Below, piece by piece: positions 56,469-64,000 of a DNA stretch of 64,000 nt. A model generated the notes under the pieces. It saw nothing but the letters and a program-made list of their open reading frames with translations. It was not told where the DNA came from and made no database searches. Position 1 is the first letter of the stretch, and the number at the start of each line of letters is the position of its first letter. Source of the stretch: Candidatus Hydrogenedentota bacterium (GTDB lineage: Bacteria; Hydrogenedentota; Hydrogenedentia; Hydrogenedentales; SLHB01); assembly GCA_045863335.1 (NCBI GenBank), contig BTVY01000005.1, positions 68,718 to 132,717 of the forward strand, given 5' to 3'. The translations under genes were made by a program, and so were the position numbers.

Positions 56469-59400
56469 ATGAGTAACAACCACTGGCAATTCTGGATCGA
56501 TCGCGGCGGGACGTTTACCGACGTCGTGGCGCGGGATCCGTCGGGGGCGATCCACGTCCATAAGCTGTTGAGCGAGGACCCGGAGCATTATGCGGATGCG
56601 CCGTTGCAGGCGATCCGGGTGTTGATGGGGTTGAGGGCGGAGGAGCCGATTCCGGCGGCGCGGATCCGGTCGGTGAAGATGGGGACGACGCTGGCGACGA
56701 ATGCGTTGCTGGAGCGGAAGGGCGCGAAGGTCGGGCTCATCACGACACGGGGATTCGCGGACCTGCTGGAGATTGGGTACCAGGATCGGCCGGAGTTGTT
56801 TGCACTGGAGATTCGGAAACCGTCGACCTTGGCGCATGCGATCGTGGAAGTGGATGAGCGGGTGTTGGCGGACGTCACGGTACGGACGCCGCTCACGGAA
56901 GACGCCGTGCGCGCGGCGTTGCGGGAACTGCGGGATCGCGGCGTGGAGTCGCTGGCGGTGTTGTTTCTGCACAGCTACGCGTATCCCGAGCACGAGTTGC
57001 TGGTGGAGCGCTTGGCGCGGGACGCGGGGTTTGCGCAGATCAGTTTGAGCCATCGCGCGGCGCAGGAGATCAAGGCCGTGGGCCGCGGCGACACGACGAT
57101 GGCTGACGCCTATCTCACGCCGATCATGCGCGGGTATATTGAACGGTTGCGCGGCGCGTTTGTAGGTCGCGGGCCGGAGAAGACCCCCCCTCTAGCTCCC
57201 CCCGTGGACGGGGGGAGAACAGACTCCCTCCCCGTGGACGGGGAGGGTTGGGGAGGGGGTCTTCATTCCGTGGACACGGTGAAGAAGCAGTCAGAAAGGC
57301 GCGACGACGCGCCGCTGCGGTTCATGCAGTCCAATGGCGGACTGGCGGATGCGGATCGGTTCTCGGGGAAGGACGCGATCCTGTCGGGGCCCGCAGGGGG
57401 TGTTGTCGCGTATGCGCACGTGTGCAAACTCGCGGGATTCGAGAAGGCCATCGGCTTCGACATGGGCGGCACGAGCACGGACGTGAGCCGTTATGACGGG
57501 CGCTACGAACGCATCTTCGAAAACGTCGTCGCGGGTGTGCGCATCAAAGCGCCCATGATGTACATCGAGACCGTCGCCGCGGGCGGCGGATCGATTCTCG
57601 CCTTCGACGGACATCGCTTCACCGTGGGACCCGAAAGCGCGGGCGCGAATCCGGGTCCGGCGTGTTATCGCCGGGGTGGTCCGGCGGCAGTGACCGATGC
57701 GAATCTCGTGCTTGGACGTATCCAGCCCAAATATTTCCCCGCGTGTTTCGGTGGGAATGCAGACCAACCGCTCGATGCTGATGCGGCGCGCGAGAAGATC
57801 GCGGCCATTGCGAAACACCTGTGCGAAAGCACGGGACGCGAACTCTCGGTCGAAGAAACCGCTGCCGGGTTCGTCCGCATCGCGAACGAAAACATGGCGA
57901 AACCCATCAAGGAAATCAGCCTCGCGCGCGGGTACGACGTGCAGGAGTACGCGTTGGCCTGTTTCGGTGGCGCGGGCGCGCAACATGCCTGCGCCATCGC
58001 GGACACACTCGGCATGCGCACCATTCTGTTGCATCCCCACGCGGGCGTGCTCAGCGCGTACGGCATGGGCCTCGCCGATATGATTCATGCCGATGTGGAA
58101 GCGGTGTTGTGTCCGCTGGAAGCAGATACGCTGGACCGACTGGAACCCCGTTTTGCGCGATTGGAGGCGGAAGGGCGGCGCACGATCGAAGCCGAAGGAT
58201 TCGACGCGACGCATACGACGGTCGAACGCTCGGTGGACCTGCGCTACGTCGGCGTCGATACGTCGTTGAACGTGGTGATTCGCAATCCAGCCACATTGCG
58301 CGATGACTTCGAGGCGCAGCATCAGACGCTCTATGGTTTCATAAAGGAAGGACACCCTGTCGAAGTTCTGAACATCCGCGTCGAAACGGTCGGCCATACG
58401 GATAAACCGGATGAACCCGAGTTACCCTGCGTACCGCACAATGTTCCCGATAGTCTCTGCATCGACACAGTGACCGTGCATTTCGACGTGCTGGACGACG
58501 ACGGTACGCGCGTGCTTGAAGCGACCAGCACACCGGTATACGAACGCGCGCGGCTCGAACCCGGCATGCGCGTAACAGGCCCGGCGCTCGTTGTGGAGGC
58601 GGTGTCCACGGTGGTCGTGGATCCCGGTTGGACGGCGGCGGTGAATTCGCGCGGGCATCTGGTGCTCACCGCGAGCAGACGCAGTGCCCGGGAACGCGTC
58701 GCGACCGAACGCGATCCGGTCATGCTGGAAGTGTTCAACAATCTCTTCATGTCCATTGCCGATCAAATGGGCACCACGCTCGAACGCGTGAGCCACAGCG
58801 TGAACATCAAGGAACGGCTCGATTTTTCCTGCGCGATCTTTACGCACGCGGGCGAACTGGTGGCGAACGCGCCGCACATCCCCGTGCACCTCGGCGCTAT
58901 GGGCGAAAGCGTCAAGGCGATCGTTGCGGCGAATTCCGACGGTATGCGCCCTGGCGACGTATATGTGACGAACGACCCCTATCATGGCGGATCGCACTTG
59001 CCCGATGTGACGGTCGTGACGCCGGTCTTCTCCGAGTCCAACGAGTTGCTCTTCCTCGTCGCCAATCGCGGACATCACGCGGATATCGGCGGCATCGCGC
59101 CGGGCTCCATGCCACCTTTCTCGCGCAGCCTCGATGAAGAAGGGATCGTGCTGCACAATTTTAAGTTGGTTTCGGTTGGGCAGTTTCACGAAGAAGCGAT
59201 CGTGGCGAAGCTAAGCGAAGGCCCCTATCCCGCGCGCAACATAACCGAACGACTGAGCGATCTCCGCGCGCAAATCGCCGCGAACAATGCGGGTGCGCGG
59301 CTCTTGCGAGATCTCTGCGCGCAATACGGCGTCGAGGTCGTGCGAGCGTACATGGAACACGTGCGCGCGAATGCGGCGGAATCCATGCGCGACGCCATCC

Positions 59401-60233
59401 GTGCCTTGCCGGACGGCGTCCACCGGTTCGTGGATCATCTCGACAGCGGCGCGGCGATTCGCTGCGCCGTCACGGTCGAGGACGATCGCGCGGTCGTCGA
59501 TTTCACCGGCACCGATCCGCAGCTCGACACCAATCTCAACGCGCCTCCCGCCGTCACCATCGCCGCCGTGCTCTACGTGTTCCGGACGCTCATCGGCAAA
59601 TCCATCCCGTTGAACAGCGGTTGCCTCGATCCGATTGAAGTTCGCATCCCCGAAGGGTCCTTGCTCAACCCGACGTATCCCGCGGCCGTGGTGGGCGGCA
59701 ATGTGGAAACCTCGCAGCGTGTGGTCGACGTGTTGTACGGCGCGCTCGGCGTCGTCGCGGCGAGCCAGGGCACCATGAACAACTTCAGTTTCGGCACGAC
59801 AGATTTCGGTTACTACGAGACCATCTGCGGCGGTTCCGGCGCGGGCCCGGACTTCGACGGCGCGTCCGCCGTGCACGTTCACATGACCAACACCCGCATC
59901 ACCGATCCGGAGGTGTTGGAACAGCGCTACCCGGTCATCCTGCGCGAGTTCAGCATCCGCCACGGATCCGGCGGCGCGGGCCGGCATCGCGGCGGCGACG
60001 GCGTTACGCGGCGCGTGGAATTTCAGGAGCCCATGTCGGTATCGCTATTGACCGAGCGGCGCGTCACGCTGCCTTTTGGCGTCAACGGCGGCGAACCCGG
60101 ACGACCCGGTCGAAACGCGCTCGAACGCGATGGAGCGATAAAGGAGTTGCAGGGACATGCCGCTTTGAATGTGCAGGCAGGGGATGTGGTTGTCATCGAG
60201 ACTCCCGGCGGGGGCGGGTCTGGGAAAGGCTGA
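56469..60233 (+). CDS. oplA: Fused hydantoinase A/B 5-oxoprolinase (ATP-hydrolysing)
   Basis: [80 protein letters not shown]. Confidence 0.92.
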   Translation: MSNNHWQFWIDRGGTFTDVVARDPSGAIHVHKLLSEDPEHYADAPLQAIRVLMGLRAEEPIPAARIRSVKMGTTLATNALLERKGAKVGLITTRGFADLLEIGYQDRPELFALEIRKPSTLAHAIVEVDERVLADVTVRTPLTEDAVRAALRELRDRGVESLAVLFLHSYAYPEHELLVERLARDAGFAQISLSHRAAQEIKAVGRGDTTMADAYLTPIMRGYIERLRGAFVGRGPEKTPPLAPPVDGGRTDSLPVDGEGWGGGLHSVDTVKKQSERRDDAPLRFMQSNGGLADADRFSGKDAILSGPAGGVVAYAHVCKLAGFEKAIGFDMGGTSTDVSRYDGRYERIFENVVAGVRIKAPMMYIETVAAGGGSILAFDGHRFTVGPESAGANPGPACYRRGGPAAVTDANLVLGRIQPKYFPACFGGNADQPLDADAAREKIAAIAKHLCESTGRELSVEETAAGFVRIANENMAKPIKEISLARGYDVQEYALACFGGAGAQHACAIADTLGMRTILLHPHAGVLSAYGMGLADMIHADVEAVLCPLEADTLDRLEPRFARLEAEGRRTIEAEGFDATHTTVERSVDLRYVGVDTSLNVVIRNPATLRDDFEAQHQTLYGFIKEGHPVEVLNIRVETVGHTDKPDEPELPCVPHNVPDSLCIDTVTVHFDVLDDDGTRVLEATSTPVYERARLEPGMRVTGPALVVEAVSTVVVDPGWTAAVNSRGHLVLTASRRSARERVATERDPVMLEVFNNLFMSIADQMGTTLERVSHSVNIKERLDFSCAIFTHAGELVANAPHIPVHLGAMGESVKAIVAANSDGMRPGDVYVTNDPYHGGSHLPDVTVVTPVFSESNELLFLVANRGHHADIGGIAPGSMPPFSRSLDEEGIVLHNFKLVSVGQFHEEAIVAKLSEGPYPARNITERLSDLRAQIAANNAGARLLRDLCAQYGVEVVRAYMEHVRANAAESMRDAIRALPDGVHRFVDHLDSGAAIRCAVTVEDDRAVVDFTGTDPQLDTNLNAPPAVTIAAVLYVFRTLIGKSIPLNSGCLDPIEVRIPEGSLLNPTYPAAVVGGNVETSQRVVDVLYGALGVVAASQGTMNNFSFGTTDFGYYETICGGSGAGPDFDGASAVHVHMTNTRITDPEVLEQRYPVILREFSIRHGSGGAGRHRGGDGVTRRVEFQEPMSVSLLTERRVTLPFGVNGGEPGRPGRNALERDGAIKELQGHAALNVQAGDVVVIETPGGGGSGKG
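57179..57264. repeat. Palindromic repeat element inserted in-frame in oplA
   Basis: GAAGACCCCC...CCCCGTGGACGGGG x2...GGGGGTCTTC; encodes [28 protein letters not shown]. Confidence 0.8.
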
Positions 60234-60246
60234 GCACCGTTCTTTA

Positions 60247-60345
60247 ATGGACGGCATGGACCATATGGACGAAATGGACTATGGGCGCCTCAACAAAACC
60301 CGGCCGCGGAGTCAAGACTCGAAAGCCCGTCTCGACGCGGCCGGG
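60247..60345. repeat. ~9-bp ATGGAC periodic repeat followed by a GC hairpin (possible terminator)
   Basis: ATGGACGGC ATGGACCAT ATGGACGAA ATGGACT; CCCGGCCGCG (60299) / CGCGGCCGGG (60336). Confidence 0.6.
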
Positions 60346-60407
60346 GTGGTGGTAGATGATGCTCGAACGTTGACGTCGGGTTCACGTTCGATGCTGCATG
60401 GATCTTG

Positions 60408-61142
60408 TTACACACGCGCGCTCGGGCGACCGTAGTAGTCGTAAAGCCGCGCTTCGAATTCTTCGTTCACGGGTTCGGTGGGATCGAAGGGCGGCGCGCT
60501 CTTGACGGTTTCCGTCGGCAGTGTGACGTGGACCTTCTTCTCGTCCCACGCAACGCGTTCGATCCATTCGTTGGCGAGCAGCACGTGCTTGCCCGGCAGC
60601 CAATTCCGCGTGTCCACGACAAACATTTTGAGATACCAGCCCGTGATCTCGGCAATGAAATCGTCGACGTGACCGATATCGCCGTCCGTACACGCCACAT
60701 GGTAGCCCGTCACCTCTTTGAGGCTGCGCAGGTGCGGATCGAACCGGCCTTCTTCGGGGACTTCCGCGCGACGCTTGGGCGGAACCGGCGCCGGCATGGA
60801 AGGTGACGGAAACCCTGGCGTCCAGTAGGGCGCCCAGTGGTAGTACTTATGGAGTTCCGATTCCACTTGGCGCGACACGGGCTGGTCGAGCGCGATGTCC
60901 GGGCTCTTCTTGATTTCGTCCTTTGTATGGTTGACCGGGAAAAGTCGCGTGGCCCAATCCGGACGTCCCAACGCGGCCGGAACGACCAAGACCTTTCGGG
61001 CTGGAAGGAACGTTCCTGTGTCCACCACCAGATAACGCAACGCCCAGTCAGTGTCGTCGAAGTAGAAGTCGGACACGGATCCGATGGTGCCGTCAAGCGC
61101 TTCCAGGTTGTATCCGAGCAATCCGTTCAAACTGCGTAGCAT
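60408..61142 (-). CDS. Tandem PRC-barrel domain protein
   Basis: LRS...GY..EALDG.IG.V.DFYFDD..W..RYLVVDTG, repeated in the second half; AAGGAGGG RBS. Confidence 0.9.
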   Translation of the reverse strand: MLRSLNGLLGYNLEALDGTIGSVSDFYFDDTDWALRYLVVDTGTFLPARKVLVVPAALGRPDWATRLFPVNHTKDEIKKSPDIALDQPVSRQVESELHKYYHWAPYWTPGFPSPSMPAPVPPKRRAEVPEEGRFDPHLRSLKEVTGYHVACTDGDIGHVDDFIAEITGWYLKMFVVDTRNWLPGKHVLLANEWIERVAWDEKKVHVTLPTETVKSAPPFDPTEPVNEEFEARLYDYYGRPSARV

Positions 61143-61243
61143 AGTGCATCCCTCCTTGTCCTTGCCTGCGGGACCGGGGTCTGTCGGGTACGATGGTCAA
61201 CCTTGCGACGCCGAACTTTGGCCCCGCGGGGGCGCCGCCGTTT

Positions 61244-61636
61244 TCACTGCGGGTGCCCCGTAGCTTCGTTCAACTGTCGCTTCAGATCCGCATCTTCAAT
61301 CGGATAAATCAGGATGTTTGTGCGCGGATATTTCTTTACCTGATTGCCGAGGTTCATGCGGTACATGGAAATGGCCACCAGCACGGGCGTTTCTTGTATA
61401 GGTCTCATGCGCCGCAACGCGTCGCAGGTCTGCAAGATCCGGTCGTCGCTCTCCTCCTCCGAATCGATGACGATCGCGTCTGGCGCGCGATTCAAGTCCG
61501 CCGAGTGGTTGGGCCAGTCGTTCGGCGCCTCCAGCCACTCATAACGCGGCATCTCCGAGCGCAACGCTTCGGTCCGTCCGGGTTGGGGATACACCACCAG
61601 AATCGTTGGGTTTGTCTCCTTCGCATCAACACTCAT
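61244..61636 (-). CDS. Atypical receiver-like (CheY-fold) small protein
   Basis: ILVV, PDAIVID, C..LR....TPVLVA, YPI....L pattern; GGAG RBS; lacks the canonical acidic pocket and Lys. Confidence 0.5.
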   Translation of the reverse strand: MSVDAKETNPTILVVYPQPGRTEALRSEMPRYEWLEAPNDWPNHSADLNRAPDAIVIDSEEESDDRILQTCDALRRMRPIQETPVLVAISMYRMNLGNQVKKYPRTNILIYPIEDADLKRQLNEATGHPQ

Positions 61637-61711
61637 GTTTTTTCACTCCAACCTTCCAACTCGCAATCAATCCAGGGTTTGACAGCATTCGCCAGCACCG
61701 GATTTTGAAGG

Positions 61712-61727
61712 AGCAACCTCAGTGCCA
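61712..61727 (-). promoter_or_regulatory. sigma54 promoter
   Basis: Minus strand TGGCAC-TGAGG-TTGCT, an exact -24/-12 consensus about 75 bp upstream of the 61636 start. Confidence 0.7.
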
Positions 61728-62130
61728 ATTCCGGGCAAATCTTTGTAAGTCCCGATATGCCTGGGGATACCTTTGAACGGCGTCACCTCCGACGCTACGG
61801 ACGCCGGGCGAGCGATTTGGGGAAGGGGACTGTATGTGCACATCCAGTACATTTCGGACTGCAAACCGGCCTGCTTGTTCTCAACCGAGAGGCGATCCCT
61901 TGTGCAATCCCGTGGTTCTGCGGCTGAGGGAATGCGTAACGTACTGATATGAGGATGGATGGCCGAAATCGCGGCAGGTGTCACCGATCTGCACGCGGTG
62001 TGTTCTTGCTACACACGCACTTGGCGGCGCGCAACACTCTGGCTTCCGGTTTGGTTGAAGGTATTGCAAGCGGGTAAGATGCGGCTGGGGTGAGAGGCTG
62101 GATAGTTGGGACCAACCGCAGGGAGGGCGC

Positions 62131-62604
62131 ATGACACTTCTGGGATGGCGCGAATGGCTGGCCCTTCCGGAATTGGGAATCCCCGCCCTCAAAGCCAAGA
62201 TCGATACTGGCGCCCGGACTTCGGCGCTCCATGCCTTTACCCTGGAAACCTTTTACGTGAAACGGAAACGCCGCGTGCGTTTCGGGGTGCATCCGCTACA
62301 ACGCAAAACCGGGCTCGAGATCTTCTGCGAAGCCGATGTAATCGACGAGCGGTACGTGAGCGATTCGGGGGGGCACCGGGAGCGCCGGCTGGTCATCCAG
62401 ACGCCCATTCGCATCGGCGAGCAGGAGTGGCCCATCGAGATCACGTTGACCAACCGCGATTCCATGCTCTTTCGCATGCTTCTGGGCCGGACGGCATTGC
62501 AGGATCGGTTCTGGGTCGACCCGTCCCATTCCTACCTGTTCGGGCGATCGTTGCCGCGCGTCTACCGGCGCAAGAAACGGCGCGTCGATCCTGCCGGGCC
62601 GTAG
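62131..62604 (+). CDS. RimK-associated putative ATP-dependent zinc protease (retropepsin-like)
   Basis: GWREWLALP, KAKIDTGARTSALHA, DSGGHRE.R, LTNR..M.FRMLLGR. Confidence 0.9.
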   Translation: MTLLGWREWLALPELGIPALKAKIDTGARTSALHAFTLETFYVKRKRRVRFGVHPLQRKTGLEIFCEADVIDERYVSDSGGHRERRLVIQTPIRIGEQEWPIEITLTNRDSMLFRMLLGRTALQDRFWVDPSHSYLFGRSLPRVYRRKKRRVDPAGP

Positions 62605-62618
62605 GCGAGGTGCGGGCG

Positions 62619-63599
62619 ATGGCAAAGCCGGACAAAATGAAATCGGGGCGGCGCGCCTCATTCACGGTGAATGGCGCGGAGGTTCTGGCGGGCGAACGCC
62701 GCACGGTGGATGTGCCGCTGCCGCAACTGTACACGCACACCTCCATTCCCATGCCGGTGCAGGTGCTGCACGGATTGAAAGACGGACCGCGCCTCTTCCT
62801 TACCGCGGCCCTGCACGGTGACGAACTGAACGGATTGGAAATCATTCGCCGCGTGGTGGCCCGGCTCGACCCGCGCCGGATTCGCGGAACGGTCCTCGCG
62901 GTGCCGGTCGTGAACGTCTTCGGATTGATTACCCAATCGAGGTATCTGCCAGACCGGCGCGACCTTAACCGTAGTTTTCCCGGCTCGCCGAGTGGCTCGT
63001 TGGCGTCGCGGCTGGCGCACACCGTGCTTCGGGAGATCATCCGTCCCTGCACACATGGAATCGATCTGCATACGGCGGGCATGAACCGGACCAACCTGCC
63101 GCAGATCCGGGCGAACCTGGCGGACCCGGAAACGCGCCAATGCGCGGAGGCCTTCGGCGCGCCGGTGATGGTGAATTCCGCGGCGCGCGATGGGTCGCTG
63201 CGCGAAGCGGCTGTCGCGAATGGCGTGCACGTACTGGTTTACGAAGCCGGAGAACCCCTTCGGTTCAACGACGACGCCATCGACACGGGCGTATCCGGCG
63301 TTTTGCGCGTAATGGCTGCGCTTGGGATGCGGATGGGACGCAAGCGGGGGCCGGATCGGCCTTGTTTGGAAGCGCGCACCAGCAAGTGGGTGCGGGCGCG
63401 GCGCAGCGGGATCTTGCGCTTGTCGGTCGCCGTAGGCGAACATGTACGGAAAGGTCAGTCGCTGGGCGTCATTTCCGATTCATTTGAGGAACACAAGATT
63501 ACAGTCAAATCGCCGTGGACGGGCGTGGTCATCGGGCAAACGGTCAATCCCCTCGTCTACCGCGGCGACGCCATCGTGCATGTGGGTATCCTCGATTAA
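62619..63599 (+). CDS. Succinylglutamate desuccinylase/aspartoacylase (M14) family protein
   Basis: AALHGDELNG, SRYLPDRRDLNRSFPG, IDLHT, YEAGE, C-terminal biotinyl-like domain. Start ATG 62619. Confidence 0.9.
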   Translation: MAKPDKMKSGRRASFTVNGAEVLAGERRTVDVPLPQLYTHTSIPMPVQVLHGLKDGPRLFLTAALHGDELNGLEIIRRVVARLDPRRIRGTVLAVPVVNVFGLITQSRYLPDRRDLNRSFPGSPSGSLASRLAHTVLREIIRPCTHGIDLHTAGMNRTNLPQIRANLADPETRQCAEAFGAPVMVNSAARDGSLREAAVANGVHVLVYEAGEPLRFNDDAIDTGVSGVLRVMAALGMRMGRKRGPDRPCLEARTSKWVRARRSGILRLSVAVGEHVRKGQSLGVISDSFEEHKITVKSPWTGVVIGQTVNPLVYRGDAIVHVGILD

Positions 63600-63677
63600 T
63601 CGCCGCCGGGCGTCATGATTCGTAACACCAATTCTGCAAGGCAATGAACCCGGCCTTCGGGTTCCGGAGTCGATAGT

Positions 63678-64000
63678 ATGAAGATCGCCATTCTCTCGCG
63701 CGGACCCCGGCTGTATTCCACCCGGCGGCTCCGGGAAGCCGCCGCGCAGCGGGGTCATTTTGTCAAGGTCCTCGACACGAACAAGTTCTCCATCCACGTG
63801 GAGGAAGAGGAGCCGAGCCTGTCGTATCACGCGCGGCACCTGCCCCACTACGATGCGGTCATTCCACGAATTGGCGCCTCGATAACGTTCTTTGGCTGTT
63901 CGGTGGTGCGCCAGTTCGAGCAGATGGGCGTCTTCACGCTGAACTCTTCGCACGCCATTGCCGTGTCGCGCGACAAGCTGCGCTCGTTGCAGATTCTCAG
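63678..64000 (+). CDS. rimK: RimK alpha-L-glutamate ligase (5' part, runs off window)
   Basis: Manual translation: [25 protein letters not shown]...[25 protein letters not shown]...[12 protein letters not shown]. Confidence 0.92.
   Translation, partial: MKIAILSRGPRLYSTRRLREAAAQRGHFVKVLDTNKFSIHVEEEEPSLSYHARHLPHYDAVIPRIGASITFFGCSVVRQFEQMGVFTLNSSHAIAVSRDKLRSLQIL

Noticed and set aside
62106-62618. 497-aa ORF as a single protein
   Set aside because: Its N-terminal part overlaps the zinc-protease-like gene in another frame; the deacylase starts at 62619.

Overview
A 64-kb window of high-GC bacterial chromosome. Three DUF1559-type prepilin proteins and the general gene content suggest a Ca. Hydrogenedentes/PVC-like lineage; this is inference only. 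The window very likely contains the replication origin. A stand-alone dnaN (25831-26937, minus) has DnaA-box clusters on both sides, and directly upstream of it lies a B. subtilis-like unwinding module (tandem DnaA boxes, GGCCC, DnaA-trios, AT-rich tract). There is no dnaA, recF, gyrB or parAB in the window. Two parS-like palindromes sit inside rsmG about 18-19 kb away. The rest is housekeeping and accessory: a fused SBP-permease sugar ABC system, apgM, cimA, a small secreted protein with a putative sigma-54 promoter next to a GT-C glycosylation cluster, yhaM, Nramp, a GspE/PilB ATPase, Fic next to a chimeric gene scar, ypdA-comB, VWA/TPR proteins, a MacAB-like exporter, MetE-like and sugar catabolism genes, a double amidase, a 5-oxoprolinase with an in-frame palindromic insertion, and the start of a rimK cluster. 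Intergenic spaces hold many distinct REP/REPIN-like palindromic families. I found no tRNA, rRNA, CRISPR array or intact transposase. All calls come from visual motif recognition; no searches were run.
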